64,000 nt of DNA from a virus. The position numbers and the translations under genes were made by a program. Location: positions 1 to 64,000 of the IMG/VR virus record IMGVR_UViG_3300037247_000810; one strand, written 5' to 3'. Of this stretch, positions 10,094 to 21,197 are shown piece after piece; position 1 is the first letter of the stretch, and the number at the start of each line of letters is the position of its first letter. The notes under the pieces are model-generated. The model did no database searches. It had not been told where the DNA came from and worked only from the letters and a program-made list of their open reading frames with translations.

Positions 10094-10123
10094 AGTGTAG
10101 CACCTAGCTGACGGCGTTGGCAA
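10094..10123 (-). promoter_or_regulatory. sigma70-type promoter of the replication operon
   Basis: TTGCCA-N18-TACACT with extended TG. Confidence 0.55.
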
Positions 10124-10129
10124 GCTATT

Positions 10130-11668
10130 CTATGTCCCTCCTACCATGACGACCGTGAGTGTGACATGCTCCACCATAATATCACGATTAGTACTGTGAT
10201 TTAGAACCGCCACGCTAATGAGATCATTGGCCGCTAAGTCCACGACAGACCCGCCACTAAGACAGACTGCTGCGTTGGCTTTGACAAGTGTCGCATGACA
10301 AGCAGTAGTCGTGTCAGCCGTGTTATTGATGGCGATTGCCCCCTCAAACTCGTCATTTGCCGTGGTCGATTGAACAGCCATGCTCCAATTAATCGCATAG
10401 CGACCGGCCTTCGTAACCTTCAATTCGTGATTGTTCTGGAAGGTTACTAGATTGGTCTCGACGCTCACCAGCCCAGCCGTAAGCTCGTACCAAGTATCGA
10501 CAACCCCCACCGCGACCGTCTCGGCGATGTTGTATCCGTGCATACACCCATACGGAAGGCCAGTGCCGTCGCCCTCAAAAATGACATCGCCAATAAGCTC
10601 AATAGTAGGAGCCGTAATCTCCACCACGACATCGGCATCAATATCAAGCTGCCCATCCGCCGAGGAGAGAATCTGGAGGGCGGCATCCCTGAATTGGAGG
10701 AAGTTGTTGGTGGCGATAAGGACGTCGCTGTCGAGCATCTGAACGCCCTCGATGGTGACACCCGCCGCGCCTGTAAGTTCATCAATGACATCCACCAAGG
10801 TGCCGCCCGTACCGATCCGCACGTATTCAGTGGAGCCGATGTTGAAGCTGTAGTAGTCGCTGGCTCGCACATACAACAAGTAGTCGTTCGCATCGAATGT
10901 GATGGTTGGTTCGCCCGCCGCGTCCAGCGTGAAGTCGGCATCGTTGATGGCCAGTGTGTCGCCCGCCGCGAGCATGAGGATGCCGGGCGCGCTGCGGTAC
11001 AACTGCGTGTCGCCACCGATTAGGACACCAGCACCAGCACCGACCACAGGTAGCTGCCACTGCCCAGCAACACCGATAACGGCGACCTCGACCGTAGCGG
11101 CCGTGAGCCGGATGATGTCCTCGTCGGCCACCTGCTCGGTTTCGAACGACGTATCACTATCGTCATCAATGATGAGAGAAGCATCGTGCGAGGAACCAAT
11201 CACGGAAGCGCCGGGCAGCAAGTAGCTGCGGCGGTCGGCGATGGCCGTGATGTCCCCGGCCACGGTCGTGACTTGCGCCAGAGGCACCCCATCAGCCGGG
11301 AAGCCAGTCACGTTGTAGGCCACCGCGCCTCCGCTGTTGATGAACACGTAGTTGGTATCATTGTCGTCCATCGTCAGCAATCCGGCAACGATGGAATAGA
11401 AGCTACCGCCAGTCCAAATCTGGCCCTGCTCGTAGTCGATGTCTAAGCCGCCGCCGTCCGTGACCCGGAACGCTCGCGTGTGCTTCACGCCGTAGAGCGT
11501 GTGTGCGCCCGTCTCGACCGGGGGCGTGGTATCGCCTGAGCCCGTGCCGGTTGCAACCACGAGGCCACGACTATCAGTGACGCGGGCCAGGAGCGCCTTG
11601 ATGCGCTCAATCTCCGCGACTGCTAGCGCGAGAATGAGTTCCGGTCGGTCTAATGGTTGCCTTCGCAT
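10130..11668 (-). CDS. tail fibre / receptor-binding protein
   Basis: Last tail gene; Gly/Asp/Thr-rich beta repeats; C1q/BclA-like C-terminus (VTKAGRYAINWS...VDLAANDLISV). Confidence 0.7.
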   Translation of the reverse strand: MRRQPLDRPELILALAVAEIERIKALLARVTDSRGLVVATGTGSGDTTPPVETGAHTLYGVKHTRAFRVTDGGGLDIDYEQGQIWTGGSFYSIVAGLLTMDDNDTNYVFINSGGAVAYNVTGFPADGVPLAQVTTVAGDITAIADRRSYLLPGASVIGSSHDASLIIDDDSDTSFETEQVADEDIIRLTAATVEVAVIGVAGQWQLPVVGAGAGVLIGGDTQLYRSAPGILMLAAGDTLAINDADFTLDAAGEPTITFDANDYLLYVRASDYYSFNIGSTEYVRIGTGGTLVDVIDELTGAAGVTIEGVQMLDSDVLIATNNFLQFRDAALQILSSADGQLDIDADVVVEITAPTIELIGDVIFEGDGTGLPYGCMHGYNIAETVAVGVVDTWYELTAGLVSVETNLVTFQNNHELKVTKAGRYAINWSMAVQSTTANDEFEGAIAINNTADTTTACHATLVKANAAVCLSGGSVVDLAANDLISVAVLNHSTNRDIMVEHVTLTVVMVGGT

Positions 11669-11669
11669 A

Positions 11670-14600
11670 TTATGTAGTCCGAATCGCCAACGCGTTCTCG
11701 ACCATTGAAGCCGTGTAGCCCATTGCCGCGTCCAAACCGGCTTCCAGGCCCGTGACCCACGATCCACCGACTCGCGGTGGCGTCATCGACTTCAACTCGT
11801 CAGCACTGTCCACGTTCGTAACGAGCCTATTGATGGGCGAATCATAGACGAAACCCTGATGCTTGCCAGCATCGGCGGTCAATACGGCCCAAGTCTCGCC
11901 ATTGTCAAATGACATTCGACCAGCACGGTCAGCAGCAGCACCAATCATACCTCCACCAAAGAACATAATGTTCCCCATACGAAAGGCGTCGGAGAAGCCA
12001 TTTGTCGCACCGGCAATAGCCACCACATACTTCAGCGTCCAAGAAGAGCCATTGTTGTCCGATACCCAAATCTCAAGTTCATTGGTCGCAGCCTTTTGCT
12101 TACCAAGAATCCAACGCCCGTTCTCGCCCGCGATTAGGGCTGGCTGGTGATACCGAGCCACCGTACCCGCGAAGCCGGTCAGGCCGGTTGGTGTGACCTC
12201 TGACCACGTAGCGCTCGCGCCCAGGTGCGCGTCCTCCGTGACCAGAACACGAAGCTGTGAACCTGTGAGACGGCCGACGGCCATCAAGCGCTTATGGTTG
12301 TTTGGATCGACAGCGATATTGAAATACGAGATGCGCTCATCGACTGAGCTACGTGTGTCCTCGTGTGCCAAATCCCAAGTCGCGCCATCGTCGTCGCTGA
12401 AGTGAATGGAGTGGGGATAGCGGCGGCCCGCCAAGTGGCCACCTGCGTGATCTTCCCGTGATGCCCACAGGCGGCCATTCGGCCCGCGTGCGATAGTGCC
12501 ACAGCGCGCCAGCACATTCGCCCACGCCCCGCCCAGGTTCACACTGCGATACAAATCTTCATTGTGATCGTTAGTAGCCGACGTATATCGAACGTAGAAC
12601 AACGTCTGGTCATCGATCTGCGGGAAGTGCCAGAGCCGATGAGGGCGGTCGGAATGTCCAGTCGGCAGCGGCCCTTGATCCGTCCAAACGCCGGACGCCG
12701 TGCGGTGCCCCAGCGCGTTCTCCGTGGAACCGGCCGCATCGCGGACAATGACCAGAAGGTCGGAGGGCGACAACGGTCGCCGGTACTCGATGGCGCAATC
12801 CCAGCCGATAGCTCCGCCCGGCCAGACTGTACTGATCGGCGCACCCTGCGGCCGGAGGAAGTCCCAATTCTCGCCGTAGTCGATGCTCTTGGCGATACCC
12901 TCGTCCGTCGCCGCGATATAGATGTCTTTCCAAGCCGAGACCTGCAAGAGATCGTGCGGGCGATTTGCGCCAGTGCCGGGAAGTACGCCCGATAGCACCT
13001 CCCAGATGCCATAACCCCCCTGCGAACGGTAGAAGTTCGTATTGTCCATGACCATGCCGAACAAACGTAGCCGGTTATTATTGCCCGCTACGCCCACGCC
13101 GTCATCCGCAGGCGTGCCGCCGATCTCCACCCACGTCTCTCCGCCACCGATGTCGTCATAGTAACGTGGTGGGGCGTAAATGAACACCGGATCGCGGCCC
13201 GCGAACAGCAGGCCCAGGTCGCCAGATGTGCGGTGCGAAATCACAACATCAACGACTGTATCGGCGGCATTGCCGGTCGGATCGGCATCCCCATCCCCGT
13301 CAGCGACTTCGGACACCCAGACCCTCGGATCGTCGCCCAGGTGATGGGTGTGGAACCAGGACTCAGGGTCTTGGCCGTTGCCGCCATATACCCAAATGCG
13401 ATTCACGCTCGGCTCCGACACTTCGATACCGTTGATCGGCGTGGGATCGACGCGGAACTCAGAAGTCGGCGGCGTCGATAGGCTTCGGAATTGGTTCCGC
13501 GTTGGCCACGTGACGCTGAGGTCGGCATATAGCGCCCAGGTCGCGCCGAAGTCGTCCGAGCGCAGGATACGCCCATTCAGGCAGCAAGCCCAGATGCGTT
13601 GGCGGATGCGCTTGTCGGCCCGAATACCCGTGACCTCGGAGCCATTTGTCAGACTGGTGCCCGCAACCTCCGACAATGTTGCCATGAAGTCCACTGAGCG
13701 CAGGATACGGCCGGTGGTCGTGCCAAAGAAGATCAACGCCGGATCGTCCACCGCATTGCTGTACGTGATCTCGCACGTCTTAGCCAGTCCACTTGGTGTA
13801 GCGATGTCCGACCACGAGAGTGCGCCATCGAAGGTTGCCATACACGTGTTACCGGCCGCGCATACGACAACCGGAGCGTAGACCTCTTCGTTGCCCGTGG
13901 TGACGTCGATGGCCCTCGTGACACTGTGCGTATTGCCATCATTGTCCGTGACCGTGAGCGTCATATTGATGCTGGCGTCCACGTTCGAATCATAAGCGAA
14001 TGTGACGACACGGAATTCCTCACCTTCGCCCTGCACATCGTTCGCTCCGCCCGCGTAATCGTCGACCCAATGATAGTTGGTGATCCATCCATCTGCGTCC
14101 GTAGAGGCATCGTGGTAGGTGATGACGGCCTGGATCGCGTTACCCACAAGTTCGCGCTCAATCGTCCAATACAAGTCCGCCTGCGGGTTGGCCGCGCTCG
14201 CCGTGCCACTCTGGTCGCCACCGAACAAACTGATATGGGTTACTGCGCCGCCCGGCGTCAGCGAATGGCGATAGGCGCGAATCCACCAATTACCGCCCAG
14301 GCCCGTGACCTCGCCCTCGTAGCCCGGCCCGGTGCCTTCGTCCCGAATTTCAATAGTTGAGCCAAGATCGATGCGGGGATCGAACGGCACCTCGATCTCG
14401 ATGCTTTGAAGGATGCGATGGTACTTGTCCACTAGACGGGCCGCGACTTCATCAGCGATCACCGCTGTTTCGATCAGATCATTCTGGTAGAGTGCGGCGT
14501 AGAGCCAATAGCTGCCCTCTACCAAATCATCGCTGTCGGTGTGGCGCTCCGCCGTGATCTGCACCTGCGTTTCGTCGCCACCAAGATCATCGCCGGAGGC

Positions 14601-15890
14601 GGGTGTCGTGCTCGGCACCGTCGCGCCCCGCACGATGGCCTGCTTCTTGACCTGATCCTCGTCCTCATCGTCGGCAATGTCCAGGAGCCGCAGTGCTGGG
14701 AAGGCAGTATGTTCAACCTCGAATGCGAGGTCGCCACCGCCCGCGCCCCACGTTCCTGCACCGCTATCATAGACATTGGCGATGCCGTCCGCGTAACCCG
14801 CGCCGGTGTCTGCGCCGACCTCGTAATAATTGACGGCATCCAATCCCCCCATGCGCCCCACAACGAGATGATACACCACGCCGCTCACCAGCCGCGTCTC
14901 GGTCGTGACCGTAACGTCGATCTGCGTGTAAGCGCCAACCTGGAGGATGGAGCCAGCAATGGTATCGCCGCCACCAAGCACGGTGCCGCTTGGCGCACCA
15001 GCGCCGTCATCCTCCTCAATACGCAGCCACAACTTGTCCGTCGGCGCGGCGACCTTGCGGAGCCAGAGCGTGATGCGGATGGCGGTGCCGCTGGCGGTTG
15101 GGGTGAAGCCTTGCGCGCGGCGCGCGCTGGCGGCCACGTTACCGAAGACCAAGTTCGAGTCAATGTTCGAATCATCGAACGAGAGTGTCGTGTCGACCAG
15201 TCGATCCGTGCCCTGCGTGCCGTAGATGCGATAGCCGGTTGGGGCCGGGGCTTCAAGCAGGTCACGGATGCGGAGCGTACCACTCTTCTGTTCGTAGGCG
15301 CGGTGGCCGTACACGTCCGCAATCTTGCGAATCATATCGGACGGCGGCATCGAATCCATGCGCGCCGGGACAACCGTGCCGATGGAGAAGTCAGTGACGC
15401 CATCGTCCATAAGAATGTCGTCAATCTCGGACGGCGTAAATGCTGGTGTCAAGTCATCCAGAATGTCCTCGATGGCGAAGACTGCGGTTTGGGAAGTCCA
15501 GGACTTCACAAACGCCTCCTCCGGCGAATAGAACGGGCGAGTTAGCACCGCCGTTCGCCCAACGCAGTCAACGGTGTCGCCGCCGACCCCGTGGCGGCGG
15601 CGCTTCACGCGGCCGGTGAAAATGCGCTCCAAATGTCCATCGAAGCCCGCGTTGATTTCCACCGTGTCGCCTCGCTCAATCTTGATGTGATGCTTAGCGA
15701 TGTCCGCCAGCGTCAGTGTGGCGGTCGGCGGCATCTGCTCAATATCGAAGTCGATGTCCACGCCGGTCAAGTTGGGGATGTCGGGCACGTTACTCAGGCC
15801 GCTGGCGAGCAATTCGCCACGGATGTAGACATCGATCTCGATCCGTCGGTCGAGAGCAAGGATTGCTTGGTCAAGTGGGTTGAGGGCCAT
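11670..15890 (-). CDS. large tail tip/hub protein with PKD-like and Asp-box beta-propeller domains
   Basis: N-terminal IFTGRV hub motif; STDADG.ITNY.W / LTVTDNDG PKD-like motif; repeated S.D.G.TW Asp-boxes. Confidence 0.8.
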   Translation of the reverse strand: MALNPLDQAILALDRRIEIDVYIRGELLASGLSNVPDIPNLTGVDIDFDIEQMPPTATLTLADIAKHHIKIERGDTVEINAGFDGHLERIFTGRVKRRRHGVGGDTVDCVGRTAVLTRPFYSPEEAFVKSWTSQTAVFAIEDILDDLTPAFTPSEIDDILMDDGVTDFSIGTVVPARMDSMPPSDMIRKIADVYGHRAYEQKSGTLRIRDLLEAPAPTGYRIYGTQGTDRLVDTTLSFDDSNIDSNLVFGNVAASARRAQGFTPTASGTAIRITLWLRKVAAPTDKLWLRIEEDDGAGAPSGTVLGGGDTIAGSILQVGAYTQIDVTVTTETRLVSGVVYHLVVGRMGGLDAVNYYEVGADTGAGYADGIANVYDSGAGTWGAGGGDLAFEVEHTAFPALRLLDIADDEDEDQVKKQAIVRGATVPSTTPASGDDLGGDETQVQITAERHTDSDDLVEGSYWLYAALYQNDLIETAVIADEVAARLVDKYHRILQSIEIEVPFDPRIDLGSTIEIRDEGTGPGYEGEVTGLGGNWWIRAYRHSLTPGGAVTHISLFGGDQSGTASAANPQADLYWTIERELVGNAIQAVITYHDASTDADGWITNYHWVDDYAGGANDVQGEGEEFRVVTFAYDSNVDASINMTLTVTDNDGNTHSVTRAIDVTTGNEEVYAPVVVCAAGNTCMATFDGALSWSDIATPSGLAKTCEITYSNAVDDPALIFFGTTTGRILRSVDFMATLSEVAGTSLTNGSEVTGIRADKRIRQRIWACCLNGRILRSDDFGATWALYADLSVTWPTRNQFRSLSTPPTSEFRVDPTPINGIEVSEPSVNRIWVYGGNGQDPESWFHTHHLGDDPRVWVSEVADGDGDADPTGNAADTVVDVVISHRTSGDLGLLFAGRDPVFIYAPPRYYDDIGGGETWVEIGGTPADDGVGVAGNNNRLRLFGMVMDNTNFYRSQGGYGIWEVLSGVLPGTGANRPHDLLQVSAWKDIYIAATDEGIAKSIDYGENWDFLRPQGAPISTVWPGGAIGWDCAIEYRRPLSPSDLLVIVRDAAGSTENALGHRTASGVWTDQGPLPTGHSDRPHRLWHFPQIDDQTLFYVRYTSATNDHNEDLYRSVNLGGAWANVLARCGTIARGPNGRLWASREDHAGGHLAGRRYPHSIHFSDDDGATWDLAHEDTRSSVDERISYFNIAVDPNNHKRLMAVGRLTGSQLRVLVTEDAHLGASATWSEVTPTGLTGFAGTVARYHQPALIAGENGRWILGKQKAATNELEIWVSDNNGSSWTLKYVVAIAGATNGFSDAFRMGNIMFFGGGMIGAAADRAGRMSFDNGETWAVLTADAGKHQGFVYDSPINRLVTNVDSADELKSMTPPRVGGSWVTGLEAGLDAAMGYTASMVENALAIRTT

Positions 15891-15898
15891 TATTACCC

Positions 15899-16252
15899 CT
15901 AACGCTGAAGGAATTCGAGCGTGTATTGATAGCGCCTGCTTGGGATGATTGTCTGGAATTCAGCACGGACAAGCCGTGCCGTGATGCTACGGTTCTCGGA
16001 GTCGCGGAGCGTGCCGACCGTGCCGTTCTGTTGAAATGTCCGCATCTGATCACGAGTGGTCTGATTGCAGATGCCTGTAATGGTGCGGCGGCCACTGCGG
16101 AAGCCCCAGGACGTGATGATGGTCACATTCGCCATCAGCGGGTCTTGTTCGATTAGCTTTTCTTCGACGTTCACGTCGTCGCCACCGCCGCGCGGCGGTG
16201 AGTCAGCGATGGGGAAGTCATAGCCCACGAAGCTCCATTGTGGCCAAGGCAT
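15899..16252 (-). CDS. distal tail (Dit-like) protein
   Basis: Position directly after tape measure; size. Confidence 0.55.
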   Translation of the reverse strand: MPWPQWSFVGYDFPIADSPPRGGGDDVNVEEKLIEQDPLMANVTIITSWGFRSGRRTITGICNQTTRDQMRTFQQNGTVGTLRDSENRSITARLVRAEFQTIIPSRRYQYTLEFLQR

Positions 16253-16262
16253 ATCCTACCTC

Positions 16263-19200
16263 CTAAATCCGGGGCATCCCAGCGCCCCACGTACCGAAAC
16301 GCGGCCTGGCCAGCCCTGTACGAGCGGCCGCGCTGTCTAGCTGCTCCTCGACCGCCTGCAACACCCGCTCCTTCAACTCCTGGAAATCCTTGAGCAACGA
16401 AGTTGTGATGTTCACCTCGGCGTTAGCTGTGATTCCGCCAACGCCCGTGCCTCGAAGCGCCTGGCCCATATCCTCGCGGCGGATAACGTCAGCCCCGCGC
16501 GGCAAGCGAACAAGCTCAGCGCCGCGTTCTCCCACCAGTGCTAGGCCGCCCATGAAGTTACGAAGCCCCCGTGCAGCGCCGATAATACCTGGTTGACGTC
16601 GCGGAGCAGCGGCACCTTCGCCGCCCTCCAGCCAGTTAAGGACATCCCGCATACCAGGAAGGATTCCGCCAATGAAGTCAAGAACGAAGCCCGGAATAAT
16701 GTCAACTGCACCTCGAATCGCGTCCATGAGAAATCCACCAAGTCCGCTGAAGGCGGTTGTGATGCCGCTCTTGATGCCCTCAGCAATGGCCGTGCCGATG
16801 CCCACGAGGAGCGGCACTACCTTCTCGGTCACGATGTCAACGAAATCCTCGACGAGAGTCTTGAACAGCTTCCACCACTCCGTCGGGTCGACCAGGAACA
16901 TGATGATGTCCTTCCAGTGATCGCCGATGAACGAGGCGATCTCACCCGGAATCCCTGCGACGAAGGTGATGATCTTCCCATAGAATTCGGCCACTTTCAG
17001 TTCGAAGTGAATGACCCATTTGGCGACATCGACCAACCAATTGAGGACATCCTTCCAATGATCGCCGATGAACTTAGCGATCCGGCCTGGAAGCTCCGCG
17101 ACAAACGCGACAATCTTTAGCTCGAACTCAGTTACTTTCGTCTCAAATTGAACGGCCCATTTGGCCGCGTCGATCAACCAATCGAGGATGATCTTAGCGG
17201 CATCACCGATCTTCTCGGCAATCTTGCCTGGAAGTTCGGCCAGGAACCCGGCGATGCTTGTAACGAAAGCGGATAGCTTATCACGGAACTTGTAGGCGAG
17301 TGTGACGGGCCAGAAGACGAGCAGGATGGCGGCCATAAGGAATCGACCGAACCAGCGACCCATGTTCTCACCCGTGAATTGCCGCTTGGCCCACGCCGGT
17401 AGTGTCTGGGTGAAGAATTCTTGTAGTGGCTCCAGGAAGTAGCGCTTCATGAAGTCCGGTAGCTGCGTCGTGAAGAACTCCTTCAGCACACGGCCTAGGG
17501 TCTTGAGTCCCGCCCAGATTTCCTTGCGGTACTTGTAGATCAGGAAACCAGCGATGATGGCACCAATGAGCACTAGAACAATAGCGGCGACAGCCACCGC
17601 GACCGTCACTCCCAACGTCGCGGCGAGAATAGCGAGGCCCGTCATAATGGCGGAGCCGACAGCAGCACCGATGGCCTTCGGCAGTCCCGAAATGAGCCCC
17701 TGGACAAGCTGACTCTGGAGCGTCTTCTTAGCGCCTGCGACACCGACTTTTCCCACCTCGGCTGCGGCCGCACCTGCCTTTTGGACAGTCGTTACCGTTA
17801 CCGTGCGGGCAATGTTGACCGGCTTCATCAGGATGTCACCGAGTGCCCGCGCCGCGCTCCATGCTGCGCCTGCGGCATTCTGTGCCGAGCGGAAAAGGGT
17901 GTTGTAGAAGTTGGCGATAGGCGCAACGGCATCGAGTGCCATACGCGAGAGATTCATGATGGCCCGCCAGAGCAGGTTAGTCCCGGCGGTCACACCCTTG
18001 AGGTTGGTGTTGAACAAAGTCATCGCCAAGCGGGAGGCCAGAAATGCATTCCAGAGCAAATTGAAAGCAATCACCGCCAGCAGCACGGCCGCCGTGGTGC
18101 CGCCAATCTTAACCCGCCAGTCGCCCCAATTCTTCTCCATGTAACCGACGAGGATAAGAAGGGCCTGGAACACCGCCAGCAATGGATGTGCGGAGATGAA
18201 CATAGCGGCAAACGCCAGCGCAATAGCAATCAGCACTGGCTTGTTGCGCATCGCCCACGCGCCCACACGCAGGAGAATCGCCAGAAGTTCGAACAGGACG
18301 GGGATGCCCTCGCGCAAGGTGACGAACATGCCACGGAACATGAGGCCAAAGCGATTGCCTGATCCCTCTGCGAACATATCCCGGAGGGCCTGGGTGAAAT
18401 CATTCCAGGCGTCGGATAGGCCCGTAACCTCCGTCGCAGTGTCCTTCAACCACTTGAAGAGGCCCATCTCGTCGGCGATCATACGGCTCATCCAATCGAC
18501 GACGACCCCCAAGCCTTCGGACAATGGCTGGAGTCCCCGTACAACGACCGCCAGCACCTGTGCTCGCAGAACGCCCATGCGAACGGTGAGTGCCTTCGAA
18601 CGCTCATCCCATGCCGCAGTAAGTGCACCAGCGTCGGCCTGGGCACCATTCATCGCCACCAGGATTTCCGCCCAATCCTCGCCGCCGTCGGCCAGCAAGG
18701 AGAACGCACCGATCAGGGCGCGCTGGCGGTCGAAGACGTCAGCCAGAAGCTCCTCGTTGCCTCCCGTAGCCTCGTTCAGCAATTGCATCGCGCCCAGCAA
18801 GCCGTGCGTCTTGACCGTTTGAGCATCGAGCGCGAAGCCCATATCCGCTGCGGCCTTGAACGCCTTATCCGACGGATCGAGGAACGCGAACAGGATTCGT
18901 GTCAGGGAAGTCATGGCCCGGTTGGCCGGGATACCCTTTCGCGTCATAAGCGCAACGGCCGCACCCAATTCCTCCAGTGATACGTTCAGCAGCGCGGCCG
19001 GGGACATGGCGACACCGAGACCCTGAGCCAATTGCTCGAAGGTAACGACACCAGTGTCGACCGTCTGGAAGAGAGTGTTTGCGACTTCACGCGCGTGGGC
19101 GGCAGTTCTATCGAAAGCGAGCAGCGCGCCGGTGATGACCTTACCGGCAGTAGCCGCGTCAGTGAATCCTGCCGTGGCGGCCTGCGCGGCGACCGTGGCA

Positions 19201-19679
19201 ATCTCGAACGCCTCGGCAGTGTTGAAGCCTGCCTGGACGATCTCGAACATACCCACGGCAACCTCAGCGGCCGTCTGGCCGAAGAGTTTACCCTCGCGGG
19301 CCGCCTTGATCAACTGATCCCGGAGAGCTTCAATCGTATCGTCGGCATCCTTGCTGATCGACTGAACTTTGCGAAGCGCCTCGTCCAAATTGAATAGCTC
19401 GGCGACCGCCGCCCCGATAGTCTGCCGGAACGTGATGAGGGCCTGATACAGCGTGGCGAACATGATGCCCGCTTTGATCTGGGTAGCGATGTTGCTTCGA
19501 ATGGTCTGGAAGAAGGACTGGCTGGCTTTGTTGGCGTTGTTCAGCCCGGCTCCGACATTCCCGACCTGCCGGTCGAGGCCGCCCAACGCCGTGCGCGCCT
19601 GCTGCGCACCGCGTTGCAGGTTGCGGGTGAAATCACGGATGTCCGCGATCAGCCGGAGACGGGCGGTTAGTTCAGGCAT
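16263..19679 (-). CDS. tail tape measure protein (TP901-type core)
   Basis: 1138 aa, Ala/Leu-rich; TP901 core (FQTVDTGVVTFEQLAQG); Trp-periodic repeats; LVGERGAELV. Confidence 0.92.
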   Translation of the reverse strand: MPELTARLRLIADIRDFTRNLQRGAQQARTALGGLDRQVGNVGAGLNNANKASQSFFQTIRSNIATQIKAGIMFATLYQALITFRQTIGAAVAELFNLDEALRKVQSISKDADDTIEALRDQLIKAAREGKLFGQTAAEVAVGMFEIVQAGFNTAEAFEIATVAAQAATAGFTDAATAGKVITGALLAFDRTAAHAREVANTLFQTVDTGVVTFEQLAQGLGVAMSPAALLNVSLEELGAAVALMTRKGIPANRAMTSLTRILFAFLDPSDKAFKAAADMGFALDAQTVKTHGLLGAMQLLNEATGGNEELLADVFDRQRALIGAFSLLADGGEDWAEILVAMNGAQADAGALTAAWDERSKALTVRMGVLRAQVLAVVVRGLQPLSEGLGVVVDWMSRMIADEMGLFKWLKDTATEVTGLSDAWNDFTQALRDMFAEGSGNRFGLMFRGMFVTLREGIPVLFELLAILLRVGAWAMRNKPVLIAIALAFAAMFISAHPLLAVFQALLILVGYMEKNWGDWRVKIGGTTAAVLLAVIAFNLLWNAFLASRLAMTLFNTNLKGVTAGTNLLWRAIMNLSRMALDAVAPIANFYNTLFRSAQNAAGAAWSAARALGDILMKPVNIARTVTVTTVQKAGAAAAEVGKVGVAGAKKTLQSQLVQGLISGLPKAIGAAVGSAIMTGLAILAATLGVTVAVAVAAIVLVLIGAIIAGFLIYKYRKEIWAGLKTLGRVLKEFFTTQLPDFMKRYFLEPLQEFFTQTLPAWAKRQFTGENMGRWFGRFLMAAILLVFWPVTLAYKFRDKLSAFVTSIAGFLAELPGKIAEKIGDAAKIILDWLIDAAKWAVQFETKVTEFELKIVAFVAELPGRIAKFIGDHWKDVLNWLVDVAKWVIHFELKVAEFYGKIITFVAGIPGEIASFIGDHWKDIIMFLVDPTEWWKLFKTLVEDFVDIVTEKVVPLLVGIGTAIAEGIKSGITTAFSGLGGFLMDAIRGAVDIIPGFVLDFIGGILPGMRDVLNWLEGGEGAAAPRRQPGIIGAARGLRNFMGGLALVGERGAELVRLPRGADVIRREDMGQALRGTGVGGITANAEVNITTSLLKDFQELKERVLQAVEEQLDSAAARTGLARPRFGTWGAGMPRI

Positions 19680-20061
19680 CTTCGTCCTTCTGCTTGCTCT
19701 TGTCGATAAAGGTAATCGGAATCAAATCGGGGGCTACGGCTTTGCCCAATGCAATGTCCGAGAGCAACGGCGCGCCGCGCGCGACAACGTTGCCCTTCGC
19801 ATCCACCGGACGAGATCGATGGCCACTACCAGTACCGCCGGTGGCATCCGATGACACCACTCCGCTGTACTCGCCGCCCTCGTCATCCGATAGCTGCTCC
19901 CATAGCGTTTCCGCTGCCTCCTCAGACATCGTGCCACTAGCCAGCGCCAGTTGCCACCGGCGCTCGTTGCGCTCGCGTATATCTCGGTAGCGAGCTAGGA
20001 GACGGAGTTGGGGCATCGTCCAGACCATGATCTGGGGGATGTCTTGGCCATAGGCGACCAT
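19672..20061 (-). CDS. tail assembly chaperone, frameshift (gpT-like) segment
   Basis: In the -1 frame of the upstream chaperone via slippery T TTT TTC at 20145-20151. Confidence 0.7.
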   Translation of the reverse strand: MVAYGQDIPQIMVWTMPQLRLLARYRDIRERNERRWQLALASGTMSEEAAETLWEQLSDDEGGEYSGVVSSDATGGTGSGHRSRPVDAKGNVVARGAPLLSDIALGKAVAPDLIPITFIDKSKQKDEDA

Positions 20062-20087
20062 GGCCGCCTCGACGTCCGCGCCAATCC

Positions 20088-20594
20088 CTAGCTGCTGTCG
20101 CTTTCGTCCGTCGCCAGGCTCGCCTTCAACTCCTGGAACAGTGCGAAAAAATCCTGGATGATGCTACCTACATCGTTCTGCTGTACGAAGACGCGAAGAA
20201 TGCCGGAGGCTTCCTTCGGCCGTAGATTTGCTCGGAGGTAATCCTCCGGTGCGCCCAGGATTGCCGCTGCGATTCGCGGCAGGGCGCGCGGTAGCGTAGC
20301 AATGATACGGACGAAGCTCATCAGCATCTCCCGATCCGAAGTGATGCCGCTCTTCGCTGCCTCTACTGCCGCTTCGGGACTATCGTCCTTCCCGACTGCC
20401 GTGGCGGTATCCATGAGCTTGTCGAGAAGATCGCCCTTGCCACCAGCCAGCACTTCGTCGACGATGACATCCATAATGTCAGCCAGCCGGTCGAGCGTGG
20501 CCGGGGCCTGTTCGAAGGCCAGATCGCCGATTTCCCAGGTCACGGTTGCGGGAGCCAGCACCTTCAGGTCATTCTCTGCTGCTTTCCTGGTCAT
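20088..20594 (-). CDS. tail assembly chaperone (gpG-like)
   Basis: Upstream of tape measure; slippery site near 3' end. Confidence 0.7.
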   Translation of the reverse strand: MTRKAAENDLKVLAPATVTWEIGDLAFEQAPATLDRLADIMDVIVDEVLAGGKGDLLDKLMDTATAVGKDDSPEAAVEAAKSGITSDREMLMSFVRIIATLPRALPRIAAAILGAPEDYLRANLRPKEASGILRVFVQQNDVGSIIQDFFALFQELKASLATDESDSS

Positions 20595-20628
20595 TGTTCT
20601 TTCCTCCCTCTCTCTAACTAGCTGCGCC

Positions 20629-21129
20629 TCACCCATGTGGGGCCTTAGCGAATTCCTTTAGGATTGCCGCCATGATTTCCCCCTCCAAGGCAGCCTCCGC
20701 CGCTGGGATACCAGTGGAAACGAATGGGCGCGGCTGCGGTTGGTTAATACCATTGTGCACGAGTGCTGCGTAGCTGATCCAAGAACCGGCCTCCGCCTCC
20801 AGTACGCCGCCTGACGCCTCCACAACCGCCTCCGGCGACGTGGCCGCCAAGTCTGCACCCGCGTGGGTACGGCCTTCATCGGCACTATGATCGGCGGATG
20901 GAGGAGCCGCGTGTACAGAGCGCATCAACGTGTAGGTGCGCTGATAGCCGGATGCGGCGGATGGTTGAGCGTAGACCATATGCTCTAAAAGGCCCCGGAT
21001 AATGTCTTGGGTGCGAATAGCAGCACGGCCCACGCCTTGCCCTATAACCTTCTCAGCGGACGCACCGAGCCGGTCGAGGAAGTCTAGGCTCTCCTTCAAG
21101 CCAGACCATTCAGCACGGAATACGGGCAT
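20629..21129 (-). CDS. HK97 gp10-like neck/tail completion protein
   Basis: YQRTYTLMRS, YAALVHNG, QPRPFV motifs. Confidence 0.75.
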   Translation of the reverse strand: MPVFRAEWSGLKESLDFLDRLGASAEKVIGQGVGRAAIRTQDIIRGLLEHMVYAQPSAASGYQRTYTLMRSVHAAPPSADHSADEGRTHAGADLAATSPEAVVEASGGVLEAEAGSWISYAALVHNGINQPQPRPFVSTGIPAAEAALEGEIMAAILKEFAKAPHG

Positions 21130-21197
21130 TTGGGGGAATCCTTGTTGTGTGACCGACAGGGGCGGGGATGCCCCTGTCGGATATTGACGACGAAGGG

